DNA of 58,188 nucleotides, from positions 1 to 58,188 of the forward strand of contig JBGSMV010000006.1 in NCBI GenBank assembly GCA_041739995.1, given 5' to 3'. The stretch is from Bdellovibrionota bacterium (GTDB lineage: Bacteria; Bdellovibrionota_C; UBA2361; JBGSMV01). The notes beneath the pieces are model-generated. The model ran no database searches. It worked only from the letters and a program-made list of their open reading frames with translations, and was not told where the DNA came from. The translations under genes and the position numbers were made by a program. How positions within the stretch are numbered: position 1 is the first letter of the stretch; every line of letters begins with the position of its first letter. Below, piece by piece: positions 1 to 11,497 of the stretch.

Positions 1-69
1 CAGCTACTCTCAAACCCATCAAACTTCGGAAGCAACTTCGCTCCCAGTTAAGACAGGTGCTTAAGCATG

Positions 70-135
70 CTTCGGTAACATCCAATTACGAGGCTTCAGA
101 TCAAGGCTCCTTCGGTAACACCTAATTGTGAGGCT
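70..135. repeat. Two-copy imperfect 26-bp direct repeat, 40-bp period
   Basis: cttcggtaacatccaattacgaggct (70-95) and cttcggtaacacctaattgtgaggct (110-135). Confidence 0.6.
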
Positions 136-521
136 CTCCGCTGTTGGTGGCTCCCCCGACGGCCTAGGACTATAAGACGACACAGGACTAAACGCCGAGT
201 AGTATCGAAAACGAGCTATGGTGAGAAGTTGGATGATTCGCTTGCACTACAAAGCTCTGAGCTTCCGCGTGGAGCCCTAAAACACCAACCTTCGCCTTCT
301 ACTCCAGTGGTTCCGCCCATGCAGGCGCTTTTGGTCTAGTACCTCGGCGCTTTTAATATGGTGCCGATAAAATCACCGCACTAGGCCGGAGAGTTGGGCC
401 TCCCACTAGAATCTCGGCCTAAAAATGATGCAGCACCGGCTTAAAAGCCCTCATTGAATCACTGCACAAGCGCGGGTGATGATGTATTGTCAGCCCCTAT
501 ACCCGTCCTCGGAGATGAGAA

Positions 522-1784
522 TTGCCAGTGGTTCGCATCACAACACATATCAGGGCCCGCCCCTGCACTCGCTCAAAGCACCAAGATTCTGCCTCAATGG
601 TAGAGTTCGCCCTCGTTTTTCCACTGGTCCTTATCTTCCTACTTGGAATCATCGAATCTGCACGCTACTGGGTGACGGCGAACCTACTGCTCATGTCAGC
701 ACAAAGTGCCGCCATTCAAGCAGCGCGCTACGATAGTTTGGGAGTCGATCTGCGACGATTGGACGTCGCCGCAACGCCGAATGGGACCGGAGGCGACCCC
801 ATTGATCAAGCTCAGTATCTTCGTTTCGTTCAAGATCGATATAAGGTGATCGATCGCGCCACTCAGCTGCCCTTTGCCGGGTTTGTGGGTCTTGGCACGA
901 GCAGTTCCCTTGTTCGTTTCGTACGCTTTGATATTCCAGAGGTCATAAGTCTTGTAGGATCGGGAACACTCACCCCGTGGATTGATCCCCGCGCTGAAGT
1001 AGATGCGATTCTGGTAAGACCAGGAGAGTCGTTTCAATCCTCAGATGAAAGCTTTACCTACACTCATCCAACCCTCCCCATTTTAGGCCCAACTGACGAA
1101 ATGGGCTCACTGCTTAACGATCACCCAATGGTGGTATATGTTCGCGTAAAGTTCGGCTGGCTCATCCCGCTCATGTCTGAGAGCACGCTATCGGCTCAAG
1201 GGTTCGCCTGGATTGAGCGTGTGTATGACGGAAGTATTCCAGAATTATTTGGGGAGCCGCCAACTCCAGTACCACCTCCCACGGCCACGGTCACACGAAC
1301 TGCAACCGCTTCACCAACGATCACCCAAACTCCGCTTCCGTCGGCCACTCCTACCATTACTCTCACCCCAACGGTGACTCAAACGCCGACTATTACCAGT
1401 ACGGCAACGATTACCTCAACACCAACGGAGACAGGAACTGCGACTCATACCGCCACCGTCACCAGCACACCCACAATCACGAATACACCGACTATAACGC
1501 AGACCCCTACAGAGACCCCGACAAGGACAGCCACTGGAACCGCAACTGAAACTGGCACCCCAACGGCAACCGCCACCACCACGCAGACACCTACAATTAC
1601 GTCCACCCCCACCATCACCGGTACGCCGACAAACACAGGTACCGCAACAAACACGGCGACGGTTACTTCAACGCCGACCGAGACTTCGACGCCAACTATC
1701 ACCAGGACGCCGACAAACACTACCACGCCAGCTTCGACCGCCACCGCTACGGCGACCTTCCGACCCCAGGGCTCAGAGGAGTGA
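522..1784 (+). CDS. TadE-like minor pilin with C-terminal Thr/Pro-rich low-complexity tail
   Basis: Pilin-like N-terminus S|ASMVEFALVFPLVLIFLLGIIE with Glu at +5 and a hydrophobic helix, then AAIQAAR as in TadE. About 170 aa of TxTPTITxTPT repeats at the C-terminus. Start codon uncertain. Confidence 0.75.
   Translation: MPVVRITTHIRARPCTRSKHQDSASMVEFALVFPLVLIFLLGIIESARYWVTANLLLMSAQSAAIQAARYDSLGVDLRRLDVAATPNGTGGDPIDQAQYLRFVQDRYKVIDRATQLPFAGFVGLGTSSSLVRFVRFDIPEVISLVGSGTLTPWIDPRAEVDAILVRPGESFQSSDESFTYTHPTLPILGPTDEMGSLLNDHPMVVYVRVKFGWLIPLMSESTLSAQGFAWIERVYDGSIPELFGEPPTPVPPPTATVTRTATASPTITQTPLPSATPTITLTPTVTQTPTITSTATITSTPTETGTATHTATVTSTPTITNTPTITQTPTETPTRTATGTATETGTPTATATTTQTPTITSTPTITGTPTNTGTATNTATVTSTPTETSTPTITRTPTNTTTPASTATATATFRPQGSEE
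1258..1760 (+). repeat. Degenerate coding repeat encoding Thr-rich (TATxTxTPTITxTPT) units
   Basis: ACN-codon-rich stretch whose translation alternates Thr with Pro/Ala/Ile. Confidence 0.85.
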
Positions 1785-1883
1785 TTTGATAGAAACCAAA
1801 CGAAATAGGCCAATAAATCAGTACGTTAGCAATGTTAGGGTACAGGCTTTATCTCGTTACGAAATTTGCCGACATATTAGGGG

Positions 1884-4199
1884 ATGGTCTTTGTTATCCT
1901 CACTACTTGGCGGAAGCATTCTGCCTGCTGTCGTTTAGCGACAGGAAATTCACGCGGAGCAATTCTGCCCCTGCTCTTACTTTTGCTAGTCCCCATTCTT
2001 GGACTCCTCGCGCTCGTAGTCGACCTCGGTGTGATTCTGAATTCGAACCGAGATCTCGAGCAGAAAACTCGCAATGCTTCACTCAGTGCGCTCTCCGCAT
2101 TTCAGGACCAATATCGATATTTAAGTACACAGCCCATTGGTGAGCGCGGATGTGAATACTGCAACCTGTTCGGAGTGAATTGTGTTCCACGCTGTTCGAT
2201 GGAAGCCGCTTCAAAGCGGGCGAACGAAGTCGCCTTTACAAATATGTCTCTTGGCGAACGCTTCTCAAGAGACCCCTCCTCACCCATTGATGAATTCGCT
2301 CCTAAGAACTCCTCTGCAACTTCTACGATTCCCGACGAGAGCGAGTTTCGAATGGGTGTATACTACTGGTTCCCGCCATCTGAGTGTGGCCAAGAACTTC
2401 ATCCATCTTGTGACGCCGAGTATCCTTTTTTTCGTACGGTTGACCTGAACGACAACGCCGAGCTTGCTAATGCAAACGCAGTAGAACTGCGTGCAACTTT
2501 CCCCGCTTCGAATCCAATCACTGCCATTTTTGCAAACATATTGGGCACTAAGGAGTTCAGAGTTCATGCCACGGGAAGAGCGGCAATCCTGCCGCGCAAT
2601 GACATGTTTCTGATTGACCTTTCGCGCTCGATGTACCGCTCGAACTACCTTAAGGATAAATACCAGGTCGGAGATCCTGTCAGAGAAATTGACGGATCCC
2701 GCGCTGAATTTGGTTACTTAACCGCAGATGGGGCCTCCGGTCTGAACTGTCCTGTGAATACTACCTTAAGCGCAACAAGTGCCTGCTGCGCTGACTTTTG
2801 CGCCTCTAAGCCGTCCCTGTGCTCAACTTGTACCGCACAAGCTTGTGGCGACACTGGTGGTACGTTTAGCAATGGGTATATCGAATCTGGTGACGGGTAT
2901 AGTCAAGATCGGACACGCTGGAACGAGCTCGATCTTGCTCAGCCCTTTCCCGACAACGAACTACCTGTGCAAATGCAGCACTTTCAGTCCGAGTATAAAT
3001 GCGTCTCGGTCATCAGCAATTGGTCTGATTCTGGCCAATCTCGACGAAACTATCTAATTGACTTTGCAAATGCAGCAAACAACTCAACGATGTCTGCAAG
3101 GCCAGAACCTTTGTTCTCTGTGCTAGAAGCCACCAATTCAGCGCTGGTTAGCCTGCAAAATCGCAATATGTCTGTCGACAGAATCGGTATCATTGCATTC
3201 GATGACAAAGAGAATAACCGCGAAACTTTTAACCCTCGCATTCTCCTACCGTCACCACCCGGCAATCTTCAGATCGCCTCCTGGGAGCGCGCCACAAATC
3301 GTACCTATTTTGGTTCGCCCTCCTATGGATTCCTTTCAAAGTCACTCTTCCCACTCGCTGGATCGATGAGCGACATATTCCAACCGCTGCGTGAAGCGGC
3401 CTATTTGATATCGCTCGAACCCTCATATCGAATTGCCAAGAATACCATTAATATCTTCACTGATGGCTTGCAAAACTGCGTCTACGACGAGCTACCCAGC
3501 GGCGAATGGTGGTCAGGGTGGGAACGTCGTGGCATTTGCGAAAACTACGGCACTAACATAGTCGAAGGGATCAGAAACTTAACGGATCCCGACTTCGTAG
3601 ACGAACTGAAACGAAGACAGATCTCCGTCAATATGATTCTCTTCGGTGAAGAAGTTCGTCCCCACAAATTAGTTCGAAAGAATGCTGCGGGCAACGGTTG
3701 TCGCGATCAGATTGAAGACAATGCCTCCGGTGCACCTGCTGGCGCATTCGTCAATTCCAATTGGGAATACTATGAGGATCTGCTAGACGGCCCCAGTCCG
3801 GACCCAAGTCAGCTTGATCTAGAGTTTTCCAATAAGAGCGGCGCCTCGCCGTTCACCGCTCCGAACCATCTTTATGAGGGTCTGGTTGCCCCAACGAAAG
3901 GCCTGTGGCTCCCCGTGATGCCCCCATACGAAGTTCCTGGGGCGACCGGTCCCGTCCCAGTTCAATTCTGGGGTAAAATGCAGCACGAGTGTGCAACTGC
4001 TGAAGACACGGATCCGCTCCAAAATCTTATCCTGCGTGTCAAGGACCCCACTGACCCTACAGGGGTGAGGGAAATTGACATCGAGGTCACGGACGGCGCA
4101 GGCCGCCTACTCTACGATCCCCTCGGAGAATCTGTCGCCGGACAGATGCGGCGATTTGTTGATCAGATCATTCAGAGTCCGTACGTCCTCGTTCCATAG
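1884..4199 (+). CDS. TadG-like pilus tip adhesin with vWA domain and Cys-rich inserts
   Basis: RG|AILPLLLLLLVPILGLLALVVDLG Tad N-terminus; vWA MIDAS-like DLSRS, RIGIIAF and FTDG; several Cys clusters. Confidence 0.75.
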   Translation: MVFVILTTWRKHSACCRLATGNSRGAILPLLLLLLVPILGLLALVVDLGVILNSNRDLEQKTRNASLSALSAFQDQYRYLSTQPIGERGCEYCNLFGVNCVPRCSMEAASKRANEVAFTNMSLGERFSRDPSSPIDEFAPKNSSATSTIPDESEFRMGVYYWFPPSECGQELHPSCDAEYPFFRTVDLNDNAELANANAVELRATFPASNPITAIFANILGTKEFRVHATGRAAILPRNDMFLIDLSRSMYRSNYLKDKYQVGDPVREIDGSRAEFGYLTADGASGLNCPVNTTLSATSACCADFCASKPSLCSTCTAQACGDTGGTFSNGYIESGDGYSQDRTRWNELDLAQPFPDNELPVQMQHFQSEYKCVSVISNWSDSGQSRRNYLIDFANAANNSTMSARPEPLFSVLEATNSALVSLQNRNMSVDRIGIIAFDDKENNRETFNPRILLPSPPGNLQIASWERATNRTYFGSPSYGFLSKSLFPLAGSMSDIFQPLREAAYLISLEPSYRIAKNTINIFTDGLQNCVYDELPSGEWWSGWERRGICENYGTNIVEGIRNLTDPDFVDELKRRQISVNMILFGEEVRPHKLVRKNAAGNGCRDQIEDNASGAPAGAFVNSNWEYYEDLLDGPSPDPSQLDLEFSNKSGASPFTAPNHLYEGLVAPTKGLWLPVMPPYEVPGATGPVPVQFWGKMQHECATAEDTDPLQNLILRVKDPTDPTGVREIDIEVTDGAGRLLYDPLGESVAGQMRRFVDQIIQSPYVLVP

Positions 4200-5556
4200 A
4201 AGCGACAGCCGGCACTTCCCCTCCAGAGGTTTTAAGTCGCTGCGGTACCACAAACTCTTCCTTTGTGTATTTTTGCTCTGACTGAGTCTCAACCAGCAAA
4301 GTATAACACACGCCCGGCGCAACTCGGGACGTGCCGTGCTTTGCTCCTAGTCCAATGAACCACGGTTCATTGGACCCAAGCTCGAACTCTTTGGTCCACA
4401 CCAAAGTTCTCTCTATACTCTCTCTTTTAAATCCGGCTAAGCGTTGCAGCTCAAGGCGCGCTTCAATTGCGGAAACTTGAGATCTATCCCCTTCTGTTCC
4501 AGGAATAATCTCTGTACCAATGGGGACATACGAAAGAGCTACGCGAGGATCGACTGCCACACTCTCGTCCCGCCAGCCTTTCGCCCTTGCCACATTCTTG
4601 GAAGTCACAATGCTTGCGCGCGCGAGACCAAGTGAACCCGCCGTCAACGCGTTACCCTTTACGCTGGCCTGCAGCTTGGCGATGACTCGAATCAGTCGAT
4701 AGGGCGTTTCAACGAAAAATTCTTGATCCTTTCCTCTCCTGCGATCCATCTTGAACTTGGTTCTGGGGCAAAGGATCAGTGCCCGGGCATTTTGTCCCGC
4801 TAACTGAACTCGTGGCATAAGCAGCGCCATACCAGACGCCCCCTGACCTGCAATAAATTTGCGCTCTGCCTCGCGTTCAGAAGCAACAAATTCAACTCCT
4901 CGCGTACTTTTTCTTCCAAGCCGCGAATGCGTCAACACCGTGAGTCGGCCGCGAAAGTCGATCTTTAAATCAAAATGCTCAGGATCGCGTTTCTCATCAA
5001 ACGGTAACGAAGAGTGTGGATCTCGGCGGAAGCGCAGGAGGAGTCGTTCGAGCCCGGTAGAAAGCTGCGGAAGATTCCCCTCCCATGCGTTCTTTAGCGA
5101 ACGCTCAGCGAAGACTTCACGTCTCTGTGGAGGAAGTATCAGCACTCGATCACTGAGGGCGCTCACCTTTACAAGTTGCTCCTTCTCCGGTGAGAGATCT
5201 TCAAAAACTTCCCAGCCATCAAGAAGCTTCTCCTCGCTCCCAACGGTGGCAGAAGACCCGTCGGCGCCAGTTGCCGCTTGGTCTGGAAGTACTTGTTCGG
5301 TTTCCACTGGAGAAACTCGCTCCACTAGTCCCGTTTCAAGCTGGCCAGCTTCATGGGCGCTGGCCTCCCTTGAGGGACGCACCGCAAGTAGTGCGCTGGA
5401 CGCGTCTGCTCCTTCGAACGCCTGCATCAAAGCTGAATTCTCAGCGTTCTGCGCATCTGCCAGCTGCAAAGTAATCTGGTGCAGCGCCACGATATTTAAA
5501 CACAGCAATATTTGAAGCCCCGACCTGATCTGAAAAGAACGACTTGATGTCCACAT
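4168..5556 (-). CDS. Hypothetical exported protein
   Basis: 462-aa ORF starting 37 bp downstream of rodA, with an N-terminal hydrophobic segment ending in LADA. No family recognised. Confidence 0.55.
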   Translation of the reverse strand: MWTSSRSFQIRSGLQILLCLNIVALHQITLQLADAQNAENSALMQAFEGADASSALLAVRPSREASAHEAGQLETGLVERVSPVETEQVLPDQAATGADGSSATVGSEEKLLDGWEVFEDLSPEKEQLVKVSALSDRVLILPPQRREVFAERSLKNAWEGNLPQLSTGLERLLLRFRRDPHSSLPFDEKRDPEHFDLKIDFRGRLTVLTHSRLGRKSTRGVEFVASEREAERKFIAGQGASGMALLMPRVQLAGQNARALILCPRTKFKMDRRRGKDQEFFVETPYRLIRVIAKLQASVKGNALTAGSLGLARASIVTSKNVARAKGWRDESVAVDPRVALSYVPIGTEIIPGTEGDRSQVSAIEARLELQRLAGFKRESIERTLVWTKEFELGSNEPWFIGLGAKHGTSRVAPGVCYTLLVETQSEQKYTKEEFVVPQRLKTSGGEVPAVASMERGRTDSE

Positions 5557-5592
5557 TAGCCCAACTCACTCATCACACTCGAAGTATCACTA

Positions 5593-6741
5593 CTAGTTCT
5601 TTGAGAACATGAACCTACGCATGTCGATACCCAATACGAGGCCAATAGAAAATAGAACTGAGAGCAGCCCAGATCCTCCGTGGCTAAACAGTGGCAGAGG
5701 TATACCCACCACGGGAAGCAGTCCAATGACCATCCCCACATTAACAGTCGTATGAATGAAGATCATAGCGACAATGCCCAGCACCACCATGGCAGAGAAC
5801 AAGTCCTTACTCCTCGCCGCGATCTGTAGCATACGATAGAGAAAGGCAAGATAGAGACCTAGAACTGTGATGCAACCAAGAAACCCCCATTCCTCTGCCA
5901 AAACCGAAAATACAAAGTCCGTGGTGTGCTCAGGAAGAAACTCAAGCTGAGTCTGAGTCCCCTCCATATATCCTTTACCCAAAAGCTTGCCGGACCCCAC
6001 TGCAATTTTTGATTGATTGATATGATATCCGCTGCCGCGCGGGTCTAATTCTGGATTTATCAACACTTCTATTCGTCGACGCTGATAATCGTGCAACGAC
6101 ATCCAAGCCGGATAAATCGAAGCCAGTCCAATTGCCATCACCACCGCAATAACTCGTAGGTGAACCCCCATAAACAGCATCATAATAGTGCCAATAGAAG
6201 CCACTACGATTGCTGTTCCTAAATCTGGTTGTCTCAAAATCAGCGCGGCTGGTAACAAAAAGAGAAAAGCAATCGGAAGTACCTCTTTAAATCGATACCC
6301 ACCTGGCCGAGGAGGATGCCGTGAGAGATAGCGCGCCATGGCAAGGATCAATGCGAGTTTGGTAGGTTCAGCCGGTTGAATTTGGAACCCAAGGCCCGGA
6401 ATCACAAGCCAGCGTTGAGAGCCGTTCACAATAACCCCAAACAGATCAACCAAAACTAAAAGGGCAAGAGCGCCGAACCAAGCTGGATAGGCTATTCGTG
6501 ACAGCATCCCAGTCGACACCGAAACCCCAGCGAGCATAGCCGCCACTCCGAACAAGAGAAATACAATCTGCCTCGCAAACGCTTCACTAGGAATAAGAGG
6601 AAGCCACCATGCCAGGGACACCATGCGATTGGAGTCATAGCCAGCACTGAACAGAACCCCGAGTCCCAACAACGGTATGAAAAACGCCAAGAACAGAAGC
6701 GGATAGTCAAACTGCTTTAGAATGCGTCGATCAATTGGCAC
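5593..6741 (-). CDS. rodA: Rod shape-determining protein RodA (SEDS glycosyltransferase)
   Basis: Multi-TM protein with GSQRW, IQPAEPTKL, QPDLGTA, FLPEHTTDFVF and GIPLPLFSHGGS motifs; follows mrdA. Confidence 0.96.
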   Translation of the reverse strand: MPIDRRILKQFDYPLLFLAFFIPLLGLGVLFSAGYDSNRMVSLAWWLPLIPSEAFARQIVFLLFGVAAMLAGVSVSTGMLSRIAYPAWFGALALLVLVDLFGVIVNGSQRWLVIPGLGFQIQPAEPTKLALILAMARYLSRHPPRPGGYRFKEVLPIAFLFLLPAALILRQPDLGTAIVVASIGTIMMLFMGVHLRVIAVVMAIGLASIYPAWMSLHDYQRRRIEVLINPELDPRGSGYHINQSKIAVGSGKLLGKGYMEGTQTQLEFLPEHTTDFVFSVLAEEWGFLGCITVLGLYLAFLYRMLQIAARSKDLFSAMVVLGIVAMIFIHTTVNVGMVIGLLPVVGIPLPLFSHGGSGLLSVLFSIGLVLGIDMRRFMFSKN

Positions 6742-8629
6742 GAGTCGACTCCTCTACGCGTTTAACGGGGGTCACACTCTCTGTGCCTGGGAGAGCAACA
6801 GAGAGCCCTCTCGATTTCATAAAGTAGGCCTGGAGCACCTCTTGGACGACCGGAGCAGCGGTAACACCCCCATGACCTCCGTTCTCGACTATCGCTGCGA
6901 CTACCAGTTCCGGCGCCTCCGCCGGGGCAAATCCTGCAAACCAGGCATGATGCTCAAACGCATCAGATTTTTCGCGATGATCGAGGCTGACTACCTGAGA
7001 GGTGCCAGTCTTTCCAGCGACGACGATATTCCATGCAGCGGGCAGCTTTGCCCTGCGAGCTGTGCCCTGAGGATCATTCACCACTCCAATCAAATCCGTT
7101 CGGATCGTCTCAATAATGGATGAATCGAGACCGAGCTCCCCCACAACCTCTGGAGCAAAATTGTCGTCCACAAAAGTACCATCTGCTGACTGAATGCGCC
7201 GCACCAGCGTCGGCCGATAGAGTTTTCCCCCACTCGCAATCGCCGCAAGTACCTGCGCCATCTGGATTGGTGTGGCCGTGACCGCCCCCTGCCCAATCGC
7301 CACCGAGGGTGTTTCTCCGGGATACCAACGTTGCTGCTCGGGATCTCGATAGGCCCGCTTTTTCCACTCGGTTGACGGTACTAAACCTGCCGACTCATCC
7401 CCAAGGTTTATGCCAGTCGGCTGCCCCAATCCGAAACGTGATGCGTACGAATGAATACGATCAACCCCAAGGCGATTTCCCACAGTATAAAAGTACACGT
7501 CGCACGACTGAACAAGTGCGCCAAAGTGATTCACCGAGCCATGCCCCTCACGCTTATGGCAGCGGAACGTGCGGTTCCCGATTTTCATTTGCCCGCCACA
7601 ACTCACTCTCTCAGTCATTGACATTACGCCAGAATCTAAGGCCGCGGCCTCCATCACTACTTTAAACACCGATCCTGGTGGGTATGTGCCTTGGGTCGCC
7701 CGATTGGTGAGCTTCTTGCCCGCTCCCTGAATGAGATCTGCCCAGACACCACGTGGCATTTCACCGACAAACCAGTTGGGGTCGAAACGGGGCGCAGACA
7801 CCATCGCAATAACTTCACCATTTCGCGGATCAATGGCCACCACTGCGCCCTTATGCTCGCCGAGCGCCTTTTCACCTGCTGCCTGCACATCCTTATCAAT
7901 AGTGAGCACCACATTTTGACCAGAAAGCTCACGCTCAAAAGATGCCTCTCCGGTTTTTGTCCCCGCAGCGTTTACCACCACTTCTTTGATCCCACGCTGG
8001 CCTTGGAGAAATCGCTCCCAACGGGCCTCAATTCCTGTCTGTCCTACAACATCTCCCATGCGGTAGCCGGTATAGCCGGGGCGCTCGAGTTGCTTGGCGC
8101 TAATTTCCCCGATGTACCCGATCACATGTGCGGCCAAATCTCCAAATGGATACAGGCGTGCAGGAATGACACTTACCTGCACCCCGGGCAGTTCCCATCG
8201 CCGGGCTTCCAGTTCCACAACCACCTCTCGGGAAACATCCTTTAAGACCATTCTTGGCTCAAAGGGGCGACGCCTTCCCGGAGATTTCGCCGCGCGCAAC
8301 AGTTCGTCTGCTGGTCGATCAGTCAACTCAGCAAGTCTTTTTATAGTCTGAGACAAATCCGGCACATCTTCGAGCACGATGTCGACCTGAAACGCGGGGC
8401 GATTCTTGGCGAGTACCACTGAGTTTCGGTCAAGAATTAATCCGCGCGGTGGTTGCACATACACTTGTCGGATTCGATTATTCTCTGATTGGTCGCGAAA
8501 ATAATCTCCGTGAATGGCTTGGAGGAACCAGAGCCGCAGAATCAATACACCGAACAGGATACAAATAAGCACCGCAAACACGGTAACGCGGGGCGCTATC
8601 TGAATCGGAATTTTCTCGTATGAAGGCAT
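6731..8629 (-). CDS. mrdA: Penicillin-binding protein 2
   Basis: N-terminal TM, PPRGLILDRN dimerisation domain, and SVFK (SxxK), SCD (SxD) and KTG motifs; lies in the mre operon. Confidence 0.95.
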   Translation of the reverse strand: MPSYEKIPIQIAPRVTVFAVLICILFGVLILRLWFLQAIHGDYFRDQSENNRIRQVYVQPPRGLILDRNSVVLAKNRPAFQVDIVLEDVPDLSQTIKRLAELTDRPADELLRAAKSPGRRRPFEPRMVLKDVSREVVVELEARRWELPGVQVSVIPARLYPFGDLAAHVIGYIGEISAKQLERPGYTGYRMGDVVGQTGIEARWERFLQGQRGIKEVVVNAAGTKTGEASFERELSGQNVVLTIDKDVQAAGEKALGEHKGAVVAIDPRNGEVIAMVSAPRFDPNWFVGEMPRGVWADLIQGAGKKLTNRATQGTYPPGSVFKVVMEAAALDSGVMSMTERVSCGGQMKIGNRTFRCHKREGHGSVNHFGALVQSCDVYFYTVGNRLGVDRIHSYASRFGLGQPTGINLGDESAGLVPSTEWKKRAYRDPEQQRWYPGETPSVAIGQGAVTATPIQMAQVLAAIASGGKLYRPTLVRRIQSADGTFVDDNFAPEVVGELGLDSSIIETIRTDLIGVVNDPQGTARRAKLPAAWNIVVAGKTGTSQVVSLDHREKSDAFEHHAWFAGFAPAEAPELVVAAIVENGGHGGVTAAPVVQEVLQAYFMKSRGLSVALPGTESVTPVKRVEESTRAN

Positions 8630-8942
8630 TTGAAATAAACTCTAAACTCAGATTCGTTTCAAACCACACTCTCAGTCGCCCCACTGCTGCGAATGTCCGC
8701 ACTTGCGGAACCTCTGAAAAACCAATATTTCTGCCTTCGTGCGCTTTGTGGCCGTCGTGGTTCAATAAAATTCAGGCCAATTTCTAGACTTTGTTTGCAC
8801 CACAAAGAACACCAAGACAACTAAGATTTAGTTTTTCAAAGGTTTCTTAGGAAGCTGTGCTCCTCTGATCACGAACAACTGTCTATTGGTCTCCTTGCTC
8901 GCGAAACCTTACCCCGCTTCACGGCATTCACTTCAAATACAT

Positions 8943-9443
8943 TTACACCAACCTCGATACCCGAATCAGCCGCAACTTTCGAAGCAGCGCGAAACATATC
9001 GGAGCACAGAATGCGCTAAAAAGAGCCTCTAAGGTGAGTCGAGTCACTCCCGTTGTCCACTCGAACTCAAACTCTCTAAATTGCATGCTCAAGACTACGA
9101 ACACCACTTGAGCAATAACCGAGCCAATCAATACGGCGGTAAATGCCGTCAGCGGTGAATCGACGAATATTCGCTGCGTCATTGACGAAAGAATAATAAA
9201 GACGACCACAAAGCCGCCCGCCCATGGGCCGACCAGCACTCCGGAGCCAAGATCGAGACAGAGACCGAGAAAGAAAGAAATCAGCAGTCCATGCAGCGAC
9301 GGATCGTGAAAAGCAAGATATGCCACCACCGTCAGCAAGAGATTCGGAACCACTGAACTGTCAGGAAGGAACATTCGGAAGACGGTTCCCTGCAAGAACA
9401 AAGCGAGTGCCGCGATGACTGTTATGATCCCGATCGATCTCAT
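8943..9443 (-). CDS. mreD: Rod shape-determining protein MreD
   Basis: Hydrophobic 166-aa protein with PNLLL and GLCLDLGSG motifs, directly after mreC. Confidence 0.88.
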   Translation of the reverse strand: MRSIGIITVIAALALFLQGTVFRMFLPDSSVVPNLLLTVVAYLAFHDPSLHGLLISFFLGLCLDLGSGVLVGPWAGGFVVVFIILSSMTQRIFVDSPLTAFTAVLIGSVIAQVVFVVLSMQFREFEFEWTTGVTRLTLEALFSAFCAPICFALLRKLRLIRVSRLV

Positions 9444-9446
9444 ACC

Positions 9447-10279
9447 TTACCCAGCATCCTCTGTCAGAATTGGATTTGCGCCTGAGAGAACAATAAGAAC
9501 CGTCTCAAGCCTTGCCAAATCGGCTGCGGGCTTAACCTGTATTCGCTTGAACATTCCCTGTCCGGCGCGACTCACCTCGGCGACTACTCCCACGGTAATA
9601 CCCTTAGGAAATATTTTATCCATGCCTGACGAAATCAGCCGATCTCCAACTTCAATTTCATCCTCTTGTAAGACGTAGCGAAGCTCGCACTGCCCCTTGC
9701 CCACTCCCTGAACCGTGCCGCGCACTCTACTGGTCTGCACTAGACTATCTACCGCGCTGGCATGATCGGAAATCAATAGTACGCGCGAGGTATGTGGGCT
9801 CACACCAGTCACCTGCCCTACTACTGCATCACCCTCGATTACTGCGAGCCCAGGGACCACTCCATGCAAGCTGCCCTTATCCACCGTTATCGATCGAACC
9901 CAGTTCGAGGAATCGTGCCCAATCACATCCGCGGCAATGCCTTGTAACCCATGCTCCTGAGCGGCCCCTACGAGCTTGCGAAGTTGCTCAACCTCACTCT
10001 CGCGCTCCAAAAGTCGAGAGTTGTCCTCCTCAAGAGCCGCCAGTCGCTCGCGCAGTAAAATATTCGCCTGCTCGGTCTCGACCAGCCAGGCGTACTGGGT
10101 CCACAGATCTGAGATTTCTAGTGTAACAGTACGAACTACGTATTGCAGCGGCCGCATCACCTCGCCCACAGTATGTACACCTACCCGGGCAATCCATGGG
10201 TGCGACGAGGAGTAAGCCGTCAAAAATACGGACAAGACAAAGAGAAATCCGCCTGAAAGAAAAAGACGCGGGGGGTTCA

Positions 10280-10280
<1 letters not shown>
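9447..10280 (-). CDS. mreC: Rod shape-determining protein MreC
   Basis: TM plus coiled coil, then ITVDKGS..G, VVGQV and SSGMDKIFPKGI; ATG coupled to the mreB stop (TGATG). Confidence 0.93.
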
Positions 10281-11329
<1,049 letters not shown>

Positions 11330-11497
11330 TTAATATCACTCTTCCCTCAGTGCGGTGCCGGATAGGCTACTACGCACGCAGATTCGTCAACTGCGCATGA
11401 CTGCGGAAATCAACCACCGGAGCTTACTAAAACTTTAAGTAAATGAAAGTAAAAGACAGCCTCTATAGAGGAAAGTTGGGCTGGCTCTATGTGCGCA

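Noticed and set aside
1445..1813. 122-aa Val/Gly-rich minus-strand ORF that looks like a membrane protein
   Set aside because: Antisense shadow of the ACN-rich Thr repeat of the TadE-like gene.
4859..5515. 218-aa Ser/Arg-rich plus-strand ORF
   Set aside because: Fully antisense to the longer 4168-5556 ORF that continues the rodA operon; its composition is typical of a shadow frame.
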